Source: a bacterium (lineage in GTDB: Bacteria > UBA8248). Taken from it: DNA of 64,000 nt. The stretch covers positions 96,001 through 160,000 of the forward strand of contig CBDCRP010000002.1 of assembly GCA_965221165.1 (NCBI GenBank), read 5' to 3'. The notes below the pieces were generated by a model. The model made no database searches. It was not told where the DNA came from and worked only from the letters and a program-made list of their open reading frames with translations. A program made the position numbers and the translations under genes. Numbering within the stretch: position 1 is the first letter of the stretch; the number at the start of each line of letters is the position of its first letter. Shown one piece after another: positions 1 to 9,946 of the stretch.

Positions 1-1800
1 AATCTGGACCTGGGAACTGCCGGGGTCGTCCGAGAGCCAGCGGATCATCTGCGCGATCAAGCGGATATACAGGCGGTTCGTCCTCTCCGCCGCCACCATT
101 CCGAAATTCCATCGCCAGAAATCATCCGAGAAGACGGACGCCATCCTACCCTCGCCAATCCGCTTCGTGGCGAGGAGAGGAACCCCGCCGTCTTTCGTCG
201 ACACGAGAATCTGCCCTTTTCCGAACGGCGTCGTGGCGTTTACGCGTCTCAAGGGCGGAAAAGAGGCCCAGAGCTTTTTGTTTTCCTCCAAATCGGAGGA
301 GAGCTGCGTGATGGGATGCCTGCCGCCGGCAGGTGTCAGCTGTGCGAGCAGGCTTGCCCGATCCTGATAATCATTCTCCTGCTGTAAACGCACGGGCAGA
401 AGGTCCTCGATGGGACTGCGGTAATATCCGCCGGCGCTGAAGGATTGCCTGCCGCCGAACATAAGCAGCGACCCTCCTTTTCGAACGTAATTTTCAACGC
501 GCGTCAGGTAGTAGTTGCTAAAATATTCCTGGGCGGAAAAATTATCGAAAACCACGATCTCGAAATTCTTGAGTTCTTCTAAAAACAGCTTGTCCACCGG
601 GAAGGGCACGAGGCTCAGGCTCCTAGTCGAGACCCCCGGATCATCCTCGGAAGTTCTCAAGAAGACGAACGACACGAGGTCGATGGCGGGGTCTCGCTTG
701 AGCGCCATGCGCAAAAAACGGTAGTTCCACGTGGGAGAGCCTGTAATCGTCAAAACCCGAATCTTGTCCCGCCGGACTTCCAGAGGAATTTCAACGCGAT
801 TGTTCGACTCCACGATTTCGCCGCGCTGAACGGGTGTGACCACGCTCAACACCTGGCTTCCCACTTCACTCGGCGTAAAACGGAATTTTACGAGACGGCG
901 CAACGGACTGCGCCTGACGTCTATCGACTGGGTTCTGATGATGCGCCCCTCGCGCGTCAGGGCGACTGGCAGCTTGCGGCCCGAAAAGCCCTTGACGGAC
1001 AGCGTGACTTCCAGGCGCAGTTCCTTGTCCTGGAAAGCGATGCGCGGAGCCTGTATGTCCTGAATGGCGATGTCCCGAAAAGAGTCGGGCGCCCCGAACC
1101 CCACGCCGATGAGGGGCGGAAAGGATTTCACATCCCCGGGCGGCAGACTCGCCTCGGTGGTATCCCCCCCATCGGAGAGCATCAAAATGCCCAGAGGCTG
1201 CTCCTCGGTTTTTCGCTTCGCCCTGCCGATAGGGGCGGAGAGCGGATCCTGAACACTATCCAAAGCGCTCCGGATGGCTCCGAGCGGGTCGCTGCCCGAG
1301 CCTTTGGCCCGAAGGTTTTTGAGGTCCCCGAAACCGATGGGGGTTCTGCGCATATCGTAGTGGGCGAGTTGCACGTCGTAGAACTTTCTCAGGCCTGCAA
1401 GCAAGCCGACGGGCGCATCTCTTTCTTCTTCCTCCCCCGGGGTCTGCGGTTTCGCGACGCTGTCGGGGAGCAGCAGAAAATCTTTTGCCAAATCGATGCG
1501 CGCTTTCTTCTGGTTCGGGTCCTCCACGCTCATGCTCGCCGAACTGTCGATGAGTACGAGCAGCTTGGGCGGCAGGGAGCGCTCACGCCTGTCTATGAGC
1601 GTGGGGCCGGAGAGAAAAAAAACGATTGCCGCGTACAGCAGGCCCCTGAGTCCCTGAAGAAGCCAGACGCGCCTCGGCGGGAGTTTCTCCATCAAATCGC
1701 GGTGCCGGCGAATCAGCGCCCAGCCCAGCCCTGCCGCCGCGAGGGTGAGCACCCACCAGGGCGCGCCACCGGGCCAATGGAGCGTGGACCAATCCATCAT
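1..1800 (-). CDS. Membrane-anchored vWA + class I glutamine-amidotransferase-like domain protein (MoxR/DUF58/DUF4159 operon type); 3' end runs off the window
   Basis: Not in the ORF track (open at the edge). Manual translation from ATG at 1800 gives MMDWSTLHWPGG, two hydrophobic segments, LIDSSASM (MIDAS-like DxSxS), LSDG, then KIRVLTITGSPTWNYRFLR and GGSLLMFGGRQSFSAGGY, typical of this family. Abuts the DUF4159 stop. Confidence 0.8.
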   Translation of the reverse strand, partial: MMDWSTLHWPGGAPWWVLTLAAAGLGWALIRRHRDLMEKLPPRRVWLLQGLRGLLYAAIVFFLSGPTLIDRRERSLPPKLLVLIDSSASMSVEDPNQKKARIDLAKDFLLLPDSVAKPQTPGEEEERDAPVGLLAGLRKFYDVQLAHYDMRRTPIGFGDLKNLRAKGSGSDPLGAIRSALDSVQDPLSAPIGRAKRKTEEQPLGILMLSDGGDTTEASLPPGDVKSFPPLIGVGFGAPDSFRDIAIQDIQAPRIAFQDKELRLEVTLSVKGFSGRKLPVALTREGRIIRTQSIDVRRSPLRRLVKFRFTPSEVGSQVLSVVTPVQRGEIVESNNRVEIPLEVRRDKIRVLTITGSPTWNYRFLRMALKRDPAIDLVSFVFLRTSEDDPGVSTRSLSLVPFPVDKLFLEELKNFEIVVFDNFSAQEYFSNYYLTRVENYVRKGGSLLMFGGRQSFSAGGYYRSPIEDLLPVRLQQENDYQDRASLLAQLTPAGGRHPITQLSSDLEENKKLWASFPPLRRVNATTPFGKGQILVSTKDGGVPLLATKRIGEGRMASVFSDDFWRWNFGMVAAERTNRLYIRLIAQMIRWLSDDPGSSQVQI

Positions 1801-2664
1801 TTATCCCTGGTTCAATCTGCGCTGGATGAAGGGATGGTGGATGAGGTCTTGCTTGTAGTTTCCGGTCATGGCGTACAGGGCGATATTCACCGCCAGTTGA
1901 AAAGCCGCGAAGCGCTGGCTTTCGCCGCCGGGCGTACACTCTTCGAGCCATCCGCCGCCCGGGCCCCTCGCCCAGGCGCCGCCCAGGTCGTTTCTGCAAA
2001 AGATGACGGGCGTGAACATGCCCACTTGAATCCCCAGCAAATCCTGGCTGATGGCCTGGCGCCCGCCCACCGATCGGATGAGATAATAACTCTTGAAAAC
2101 GGCGTGCTCGCGCGGGAGGGCCTCTAAAGAGCTTCTCGGAAAGATCAGGCGCATGAGTTTTTTGACGGCGCCGCCGAAGGCCTCCTCTTCGAGCCCCAGA
2201 CCATCGTCGATGAGCAAAAACCCTCCATAGGTCAGGTGACGCTTCAAATTGTCTATCCCTCTCGAATCGGGCATCTCGAATTCGTATCGTCCCGACATGT
2301 ACAGAAAAGGATGTTCGAAAATTTCAGGCGAGGAGATGTCCACCGCCGTCGCATCCTGTGCGGTTTCGATGCTCGTGCGCTTTCTCACCTCCTCGAGAAA
2401 AGAAGACATGGCCGTGGAGTATTCCTGCCAGCGTCCGCCGGAATAGCGCAGTTGCGCCGGCGTGAAATCCGGCCGGAAAACCTTTTCCTCCTGCGAGGAG
2501 CGCGGGAAAAGACTCTTTTGCCACTCGTCATAGGGAGACTGCCCTCCCCCCGGCGGTGATTGCGCTTTCGCCCATTCGGGGAAACCCAGCATCGCGGTCG
2601 CAGCCATCGCGGCGCGAGCGATGAACGCACGCCTGCTCAAGGGAAATTTACGGGACGTCGACAT
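1801..2664 (-). CDS. DUF4159 domain protein with twin-arginine signal
   Basis: HPFLYMSG, YGGFLLIDD, NDLGGAW and NIALYAMTGNYKQDLIH motifs. SRRAFI Tat motif follows the ATG at 2664, preferred over the ORF-track start 2679. Confidence 0.85.
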   Translation of the reverse strand: MSTSRKFPLSRRAFIARAAMAATAMLGFPEWAKAQSPPGGGQSPYDEWQKSLFPRSSQEEKVFRPDFTPAQLRYSGGRWQEYSTAMSSFLEEVRKRTSIETAQDATAVDISSPEIFEHPFLYMSGRYEFEMPDSRGIDNLKRHLTYGGFLLIDDGLGLEEEAFGGAVKKLMRLIFPRSSLEALPREHAVFKSYYLIRSVGGRQAISQDLLGIQVGMFTPVIFCRNDLGGAWARGPGGGWLEECTPGGESQRFAAFQLAVNIALYAMTGNYKQDLIHHPFIQRRLNQG

Positions 2665-3529
2665 TCGGCAGCACCACATAGGTCGTCGGCGGCGGCAGTC
2701 TTTTTCGCGTCAACACAAGTTCTGTGTTTTTCGGGCGAACAACCCGGCTGATGCCCTCCACCTTCAGCGCTTTTTCGAACCCTCCGGGCAGTTCCGGGCC
2801 AAAGTAGTGCATCGGTATCACGATGTTGGGGCCGATGCGTTTGACTATCTTGGCCGCCACCTCGTGGGGCACCGTGAAGGAACCGTCAATCGGCAGGAGA
2901 AGCACATGAATTTTCCCCAGCTGCCGAATCTGCCCCGGCGAGGGGCCGAAGCGCGCGTTTCCAAAGTGCGCGACGCAAAGGCCGCCCGCCTGAAAAACAT
3001 AAATCGTATTGAGGACGAAGGAGAATTTCTCGTCCCCGTCCACCTGGGGGAAAGAGGAAATTCTCAACTTCCCGAACGTCCTGTCGATGGGATTGGCCTT
3101 CCCCTCTTTCGTCACGCCGAAAAAGATTTCCGACTTGCCCACATAGGGTCCCGTTATGGAATGGGTTTCATGGAAATTGCTGACGGTGACCGCATCGGGC
3201 GGGGGGTCCAGGATGGGAATGACGTAGGGGTCCATCACGGCGCGCCCGCCGCCCGGCGCAGTGATCAAAAAACTCGAATGCCCCAGGAATTTCAATCGAA
3301 CCTCGCGAGCCCGCCGAACACTCGCCCACGAGGCTTTCATCGAAACGGGGATGAAGCGTCCGTCGCGGCGGACGATTCCCGGCTTGCAGATGCCCTCGGC
3401 CGCCCATAGAAGAGTCGGGAAAAAGGAAACCAGGAAGAAGACGAACAAACACAGAGAGATGATTCTTTTCGCCGGAAAACGATCTTTCCAGCGCGGAGGA
3501 GACCGACGCTTCTGAAAGATGGGGTTCAA
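2648..3529 (-). CDS. Exported metallo-beta-lactamase-fold protein with degenerate metal motifs
   Basis: FLGHSSFLI, VMDPY, LLLPIDGSFT and VIPMHY match the UPF0173/Lactamase_B_3 group. N-terminal hydrophobic signal. AGGGG RBS before the TTG start. Confidence 0.8.
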   Translation of the reverse strand: MNPIFQKRRSPPRWKDRFPAKRIISLCLFVFFLVSFFPTLLWAAEGICKPGIVRRDGRFIPVSMKASWASVRRAREVRLKFLGHSSFLITAPGGGRAVMDPYVIPILDPPPDAVTVSNFHETHSITGPYVGKSEIFFGVTKEGKANPIDRTFGKLRISSFPQVDGDEKFSFVLNTIYVFQAGGLCVAHFGNARFGPSPGQIRQLGKIHVLLLPIDGSFTVPHEVAAKIVKRIGPNIVIPMHYFGPELPGGFEKALKVEGISRVVRPKNTELVLTRKRLPPPTTYVVLPNVDVP

Positions 3530-3540
3530 TATTACGTCCC

Positions 3541-3584
3541 CTGTAACGACATCGCTACGACATTACGACGACGTCATGGCGACA
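3541..3584 (-). promoter_or_regulatory. Four 11-bp-phased YGTCG direct repeats just upstream of the MBL gene RBS (candidate operator)
   Basis: Minus strand reads TGTCGccatga CGTCGtcgtaa TGTCGtagcga TGTCGttacag. Confidence 0.4.
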
Positions 3585-3720
3585 GCGCGGCGGCAGTATG
3601 AGTGAGTGATTCTACAGCATCCTGCCACTCGATCAAGAGCTTCACGCCCTACCATACTGCCACCGAGCAGTTCCGAGCCATGCCAGGGCGCAAAAGCGAT
3701 ACGGCGGCTTTGGCCTCCCC

Positions 3721-4260
3721 TCATCCGCGCGGCGTTTCACTCCCGAAAATCTTCCCCCGCGGAGAAATCCATATCGCCCCCAACAGGACGCACGCCTTGA
3801 GCATGTCCGTGATGACATACGCGCCATGGTAGCGCCCGAATTCATCTTTCAGGGCCTGTGCACCTTCCGAAGCCTCCGCGCTCGTCAGAATTCTTCCGAG
3901 CGCTTCTATCTTCGGCGAGAACCAAAAAACGTGCGCGCCCACGATAATGAGCAGACAGCCAGCCAGAATGAGTGAGGAACCGCTCATGCGTCCCGCCTGC
4001 CAGATGAGGAGAAACAACAAGACGACGAAAACGAGTTGCAGGCGATTCCAGGCGCGGAAAATCCGGGCGTTCACTTCTCTGGCGGCCATGCGGCTTTTGA
4101 TTTTCGCCGTCGAGGCGGGTTCGAACAGCCTCGATGCCACCGGGTTCTTCTCCGCATCGAACGCCTCGAATGAGTTCGTCGCCACCCACCAGACTCCCAG
4201 CGTGAGCGCAAGCCACGATACGAGAAGAGCAAAATGAAAAGAGCGAACCAAGGCGTTCAA
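3721..4260 (-). CDS. DUF4149-like integral membrane protein
   Basis: Four hydrophobic helices. PKIEALGR...EFGRYHGAY pattern resembles DUF4149. Confidence 0.65.
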   Translation of the reverse strand: MNALVRSFHFALLVSWLALTLGVWWVATNSFEAFDAEKNPVASRLFEPASTAKIKSRMAAREVNARIFRAWNRLQLVFVVLLFLLIWQAGRMSGSSLILAGCLLIIVGAHVFWFSPKIEALGRILTSAEASEGAQALKDEFGRYHGAYVITDMLKACVLLGAIWISPRGKIFGSETPRG

Positions 4261-4493
4261 AGCGGATTCCTCATCCTGGCGACTGGATACTCCCAGACGA
4301 GAGCCTGCAATTTACTCGACAAGCGCCACGGCTCACAACCCGCCGCCACAGGGATCATCACCGCCAGACACGATGCCCTAATGGCGCCGGGCCATCTCCC
4401 TCCAACACATCGCCCGGGAAATATGGCTGGACACCGCACGCTGCGAACCCGTAGAATGATTTTGGCTGCATCATGGTTCACGGGGAGATTGCC

Positions 4494-6158
4494 ATGATAG
4501 AGAACGTATCCACGGCGTATCAGTCTCCCGCCAAAATCGAAGCCCTGCTCTCACGCCAACATAAAGAAGGCTATCTCTCCAAGGAAGCGATTTTAGAGAT
4601 CTCCAAAGACCTCGGCGTGCCCATATACGAGTCATACGGAATCGCCAGCTTTTTCCCGCACTTTCATCTGGAAAAACCCGCGAAACCAAAAGTGCATATC
4701 TGCCGGGACATGAGTTGTAAGCTCGCAGGCGGCGAGGCGCTCCTTGAAAACGCCACGAAACTGGCCCGGCGCGCGGGCGTCAGGAAGATTCACGCCCAAG
4801 GCTGCCCCTGTCTGGGCCGGTGCGACAAGGGGCCTGCGGCTGAAATCGAGGGCCGCATCTATTCATCCCTCACCGATGAGAAATTTCAAGGAATCCTCGC
4901 CTCCTGGAAAAACGGAACGCCCAGCCCCGCCTCGAGGTCGCAGAAAATCAAGAACGCACCCCGCCTGAATCCGTACCGGAAAAACGAGGCGTATGGCGTC
5001 CTGCGCTCCGTGATGAAGAACGAAAAAGCGGAAGGCGTCATCGACGTCCTCAAGGAGAGCGGACTGCGCGGCATGGGCGGGGCAGGCTTTCCGGTCGGGC
5101 TCAAGTGGAGTTTCGTCTTAAACGCGCAGGGGGATGAGAAATTCGTCGTCTGCAACGCCGATGAGAGCGAGCCTGGCACGTTCAAGGACCGGGCCATCAT
5201 GGATTCACACCCCGAACTCGTTATAGAGGGAATGCTCATCGCCTGCCGGGTCGTCGGGGCGAAGCGCGCCATCATCTACATACGCCATGAATACGGCGCG
5301 CAGTCGAACAAGCTTGAACGCGCCATCAAGCGCGCGCGCAAGGCCCGCCTGATCGACACGCAAAAAACACCCCGCCTTGAAATCTTTACCAGTCCGGGCG
5401 GCTACATCTGTGGTGAGGAAACGGCGCTGCTTGAAGTCCTGGAAGACAAGCGCGCCCAACCCCGCGATAAACCCCCCTTCCCCGGCACGGAGGGTCTTTT
5501 CGGCAAACCCACCCTCATCAACAACGTCGAAACCTTTGCGCTCATACCGGCGGTTCTCAAGAACGGGGCCGGATGGTTTTCCTCTTTCGGGCGAAACGGC
5601 GGCAAGGGCTTCAAGATGCTGGGCGTCAGCGGAGCGGTGAGAAAACCGGGCGTCTACGAGGTGGAATTCGGAACGCCGGTTCGGGAGATCATCGAGAACA
5701 CCGCAGGCGGGCTTACGATGGGCGCGCGTCTTCAGGCGTTCTCCCCGGGAGGTGCGAGCAGCGGTTTTCTGCCCGCGCGGCTCGTGGACGTTCCCTACGA
5801 CTTCACGCCCCTTCAGGAGGCGGGTAGCATGCTGGGCAGCGGGGCGCTGGTCGTGATTCCCGAAGGGGTGGACATGGTGGCGCTCGCCCACAACGTGGTG
5901 CGCTTTTTCAGAGACGAATCCTGCGGCAAATGCGTGCCCTGCCGTCTGGGCACCGAGAAGCTCACCGCTTTTCTGGAGCGGACTCTGTGCGGGGAGGCCA
6001 CCGCTTCCGAGCTTCCCGCCATGCGCGAGATTTGCGACGCCATGAAGGACACCTCCATCTGCGGATTGGGACAGGCCGCGCCGATACCATACCTATTGCT
6101 TTTCAAATACTTCGAAGCTGAAGTTCAATCCAGACTCGAACGAAATCGGGGCCGATAA
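4494..6158 (+). CDS. Fused NuoE-like [2Fe-2S] + NuoF-like FMN/NADH-binding diaphorase subunit of NAD-linked formate dehydrogenase
   Basis: CRDMSC...CLGRC 2Fe-2S motif, then GLRGMGGAGFPVGLKW, NADESEPGTFKDR, YICGEETAL, ESCGKCVPCRLG and ICGLG. Stop overlaps the FDH start (TAATG). Confidence 0.9.
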   Translation: MIENVSTAYQSPAKIEALLSRQHKEGYLSKEAILEISKDLGVPIYESYGIASFFPHFHLEKPAKPKVHICRDMSCKLAGGEALLENATKLARRAGVRKIHAQGCPCLGRCDKGPAAEIEGRIYSSLTDEKFQGILASWKNGTPSPASRSQKIKNAPRLNPYRKNEAYGVLRSVMKNEKAEGVIDVLKESGLRGMGGAGFPVGLKWSFVLNAQGDEKFVVCNADESEPGTFKDRAIMDSHPELVIEGMLIACRVVGAKRAIIYIRHEYGAQSNKLERAIKRARKARLIDTQKTPRLEIFTSPGGYICGEETALLEVLEDKRAQPRDKPPFPGTEGLFGKPTLINNVETFALIPAVLKNGAGWFSSFGRNGGKGFKMLGVSGAVRKPGVYEVEFGTPVREIIENTAGGLTMGARLQAFSPGGASSGFLPARLVDVPYDFTPLQEAGSMLGSGALVVIPEGVDMVALAHNVVRFFRDESCGKCVPCRLGTEKLTAFLERTLCGEATASELPAMREICDAMKDTSICGLGQAAPIPYLLLFKYFEAEVQSRLERNRGR

Positions 6159-8899
6159 TGCCTGCCGAAAAGATGATCTCCATCACCATAGACGGCCGGA
6201 AAATCAAGACCGAAGCCGGCGCGCGCATATGGGAGGCTGCACAGGCGATGGGCGTCGAGATTCCGAAACTCTGCCACCAGCCCGGCATGGATCCGGTGGG
6301 GGTGTGCCGCGTATGCGCCGTCGAAGTCGAGGGCGCGCGAACGCTGGTTCCCTCGTGTCACCGGAAGATAGAACCCGGCATGGTGATCCACACGCAAACA
6401 GAGCGCGTCCTGTGCGCCCAGAAAACACTGGTGGCCATGTTGATGGCGGATCACGGCGTCGAATCAGAGCTCAAGAATTGCGAACTCACCGCACTCGCCG
6501 AACAAATGGGCGTCAGCAATGGCGTAAGCACACTCCCGCCTGCGGAGACGCCGCGCACGCAGGATTCCTCATCCTCGGTTATCGCCGTCGACCACAGCGC
6601 GTGTATTCTGTGCGATCGCTGCATCCGCGCCTGTACGGACGTTCAGGGCAACAACGTCATCGGCAGGGGCGGCCGGGGCGGGAGCGCGCGTATCGTATTC
6701 GATGCGGATCTGCCCATGGGAGAATCCACTTGCGTCTCCTGCGGGGAGTGCATGGCCGCCTGCCCTACGGATGCGCTCACCAACAAATCCCTCACGCTGC
6801 AAATCGCCCCTGGCGACTCGAAAGAGGTGGATTCAATCTGCCCCTATTGCGGCGTGGGCTGCGCCATCACCTACGAGGTGGCCGAAAACACCCTCATCGG
6901 CGTCCGGGGCGATGAAACCAGTCCCGTGAACCAGGGCAGGCTCTGCGTGAAGGGGCGTTACGGGTTCGACTACGCGCATCATCCGGACAGGTTGACGACC
7001 CCCCTCATCCGAAAAGAAGGCGCGCCGAAAACATCTGAACTGCCCGGGGATCCGCTCTCCTTGTTCCGCGAGGCGAGTTGGGATGAGGCCATGGAACTCG
7101 CCGCAAATTCGCTCAAGAAAATCTTTGAGGCCCACGGGCCTTCGAGTATGGCCGGCTTCGGCTCGGCAAAATGCTCGAACGAGGACAATTATCTGTTCCA
7201 GAAACTCATCCGCGCCGTGTTCGGCACGAACAACGTGGATCACTGCACGCGGCTTTGTCATTCGAGTTCGGTGGCCGCCTTGCATCAGACCATCGGGTCG
7301 AGCGCCGTCAGCAATCCCTTCTCCGATGCGCTCAAGGCGGATTTCATCCTCGTGGCGGGCGCCAACGCCACGGAAAACCACCCCGTCGCCGCCACCTTCA
7401 TCAAACAGGCCTCCAGTGCGGGCGTCACCCTGGCCGTCGCCGACCCGAGGAGAATCGATCTGGTCGATCACGCGGACTTATTCGTGCAATTCCGCCCCGG
7501 TACGGACGTGGCGCTGTTCAACGGGCTTTTGCACGTGGTGATCGAAGAAAAACTCTACGACTCCGATTTCATCGCCGCGCGTACCGAAGGTTTTGAAGAA
7601 CTCGCAAAAAACGTGAAACCCTATACGCCGGAAAACGTCTCAAAACTCACCGGGGCTTCGGCGGAAACGCTCCGGAAACTGGCCAGAGGGTACGCGACGT
7701 CTGCGCGCAGCATGATCTTCTGGGGCATGGGCCTCTCCCAGCACACCCACGGCACGGACAACTGCCGCGCGCTCATCGCCTTATGTCTCATTTGCGGCCA
7801 AATCGGGCGCGAGGGAACGGGTCTACACCCCCTGCGCGGCCAGAACAACGTGCAGGGCGCGTCGGACGTGGGCCTCATCCCCATGGTCTATTCCGCCTAT
7901 CAGGACGTCGCATCACCCAAAATCCGGAAAAAATTCGAAAAGGCCTGGGGCCGGGAACTCGACCCAAAACCCGGCTTGACCGTCATGGAAATCGCCGACG
8001 CCGCCAATCGGGGCGATATAAAGGGCATGTACATCATGGGCGAGAACCCGGCCATGAGCGACCCGAACCTCAACCACTCGCGGGGCGCGCTCGCCAACCT
8101 CGAATTCCTCGTGGTACAGGACATTTTCCTGACCGAAACCGCCTATTTCGCAGACGTGGTTCTCCCCTCCACCGCTTTTTTCGAAAAAACGGGCACCTAT
8201 ACGAATACCGACAGGAGGGTGCAGATAGGAAGATGCGCCATCGGCCCGCCCGGCGAGGCGCGAGAGGACTGGCGAATCGTGGCCGAACTATCAGAGCGCC
8301 TCGGCTACCCGATGGACTATGACTCGGAAGCTGAAATTTTCGATGAAATCGCATCCCTCACTCCCTTTATGGCGGGCATGTCCTACGACCGCCTGGGAGA
8401 TCACGGACTCGTCTGGCCGTGCGCCAGACCCAACCATCAGGGCACGGAAATCCTGTTCACCAGATCGTTCCCGTCCGGCAGGGGAAAGCTCATTCCCGTC
8501 CAGTACGCCCCCGCCAAGGAGATGCCCGACGATGACTACCCATTCGTGCTCAACACGGGGCGGAACATCTACCACTGGCACACGGGGGCCATCACCAGAA
8601 GGGCGCAGGCTTTAGAGGCCGCAGAGCCCGGCCCCTATGTGGAAATGGCGCCCGACGACCTGAAGCGTCTTAGGCTCAAGAACGATGCGGACGTCCGGGT
8701 GGAATCGAGACGCGGGGAGATCACCCTCCCCGTCCGGGCTTCGGCGCGCGTGCGGCCCGGCCAGGTATTCATCCCCTTCCACTACGTGGAGGCCGCCGCG
8801 AACCTGCTCACCGTAGACGACCTCGACCCCTACGGGAAAATCCCCGAGTTCAAGTTCTGCGCCGTGAGGGTGAGGAAGGTGAGGAGACGGCGGCGATGA
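6158..8899 (+). CDS. fdhF: Formate dehydrogenase alpha subunit (Mo/W-bisPGD, Cys-ligated)
   Basis: N-terminal 2Fe-2S domain, CILCDRCIRAC, CVSCGECMAACP, CPYCGVGC..LCVKG, DHCTRLCHS active-site segment, LRGQNNVQG, KIPEFKFCAV. Confidence 0.93.
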   Translation: MPAEKMISITIDGRKIKTEAGARIWEAAQAMGVEIPKLCHQPGMDPVGVCRVCAVEVEGARTLVPSCHRKIEPGMVIHTQTERVLCAQKTLVAMLMADHGVESELKNCELTALAEQMGVSNGVSTLPPAETPRTQDSSSSVIAVDHSACILCDRCIRACTDVQGNNVIGRGGRGGSARIVFDADLPMGESTCVSCGECMAACPTDALTNKSLTLQIAPGDSKEVDSICPYCGVGCAITYEVAENTLIGVRGDETSPVNQGRLCVKGRYGFDYAHHPDRLTTPLIRKEGAPKTSELPGDPLSLFREASWDEAMELAANSLKKIFEAHGPSSMAGFGSAKCSNEDNYLFQKLIRAVFGTNNVDHCTRLCHSSSVAALHQTIGSSAVSNPFSDALKADFILVAGANATENHPVAATFIKQASSAGVTLAVADPRRIDLVDHADLFVQFRPGTDVALFNGLLHVVIEEKLYDSDFIAARTEGFEELAKNVKPYTPENVSKLTGASAETLRKLARGYATSARSMIFWGMGLSQHTHGTDNCRALIALCLICGQIGREGTGLHPLRGQNNVQGASDVGLIPMVYSAYQDVASPKIRKKFEKAWGRELDPKPGLTVMEIADAANRGDIKGMYIMGENPAMSDPNLNHSRGALANLEFLVVQDIFLTETAYFADVVLPSTAFFEKTGTYTNTDRRVQIGRCAIGPPGEAREDWRIVAELSERLGYPMDYDSEAEIFDEIASLTPFMAGMSYDRLGDHGLVWPCARPNHQGTEILFTRSFPSGRGKLIPVQYAPAKEMPDDDYPFVLNTGRNIYHWHTGAITRRAQALEAAEPGPYVEMAPDDLKRLRLKNDADVRVESRRGEITLPVRASARVRPGQVFIPFHYVEAAANLLTVDDLDPYGKIPEFKFCAVRVRKVRRRRR

Positions 8900-8989
8900 G
8901 CATAAGGCCTACCAGGTGTTTCCGGCGCCTTATTTATTAAAGTAATTCTTTATTTATTGCATGTAATATACTGTTACTTAATATTCAAT

Positions 8990-9895
8990 TCACCGAAAAC
9001 TCGTAATCAGAAATCCCCCGAGCACGACCAGCCCCGCCGCGCCGAAAAGGCGCGCGTTCACGCGCTCCATGTCGCCCATGAAGACGAGGCTCAGGAGCAC
9101 CACCCATATCGGAGCGGTCCGGCTCAGGGGGAGGACGACGGTCACGTCCGAAAACGTGAGCGTATACCACAAAAACCCCGTGGCGGTGGCTGAGAACACC
9201 GAGCCCAGGAGTATCCAGCAGACAGCCCGCGCATCCGCCCGTATTTTGCCGCTCGCGCCCAGGAACGGTTTCGCCGCCAGGAGAAAAAGAAAGGCCGCCA
9301 GAAAGGCGAAACCCACCGCCGCAAAGGGCGTTCTCTGCTCGGCGTAGCCGATTTTCGCGATCACCGGCATGGCGGCGTACATGAACGAGGCGAAGACGGG
9401 GAAAATGAGCGCGCGGCGGAATTCGGGACCCATGCCGCCCTTGGCGACGTCCTTGCCCTCACCCATCGAGATGAGCGCCACGCCGCCGACGATTGCGAGC
9501 GTGCCGAGCACGACCGCCACGCCCGGTTTTTCCCCCAGAAAGAAGGCGGCGAAAAAAACCGCCCATATCGGGGCCGATGCCTGCACGGGACTCGTCCGGC
9601 TCGCGCCGATGCGCTGAATGGCAGTATAGGAGGCGAGGTGGCCCATCCCCTGCCCCAGACAGCCCGCCAGCATGAACCACAAGACGGGCCTGAGCGATGA
9701 AGTCTGCAGCGTGCCCAGGAAAAAGGCGAGGCTTAACAATAGAAAACTCGCCACGGCGTTGGTGATGAGCACCCCGGTGATGGGGGAGGCGCTCCTGAGC
9801 CCCCGGCGGAAGGAGATGAGCGCCGCCGAATAGATGAAAGAAGATGAGAGAGCGAGGATTTCGCCCGACATGATAAAGGGGGCTTGCGCGTTCAT
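8990..9895 (-). CDS. EamA/DMT family transporter
   Basis: About 10 TM segments in two EamA repeats (FLGEKP, LSRTAPIW). Confidence 0.9.
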   Translation of the reverse strand: MNAQAPFIMSGEILALSSSFIYSAALISFRRGLRSASPITGVLITNAVASFLLLSLAFFLGTLQTSSLRPVLWFMLAGCLGQGMGHLASYTAIQRIGASRTSPVQASAPIWAVFFAAFFLGEKPGVAVVLGTLAIVGGVALISMGEGKDVAKGGMGPEFRRALIFPVFASFMYAAMPVIAKIGYAEQRTPFAAVGFAFLAAFLFLLAAKPFLGASGKIRADARAVCWILLGSVFSATATGFLWYTLTFSDVTVVLPLSRTAPIWVVLLSLVFMGDMERVNARLFGAAGLVVLGGFLITSFR

Positions 9896-9946
9896 GGGCG
9901 CGACTATACACGCACAGAAGTGTTCGCGCGAGAAAGCACAAGCGTT

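Noticed and set aside
7240-7263. Selenocysteine in formate dehydrogenase
   Set aside because: The ligand codon is TGT (Cys) and the ORF is uninterrupted.
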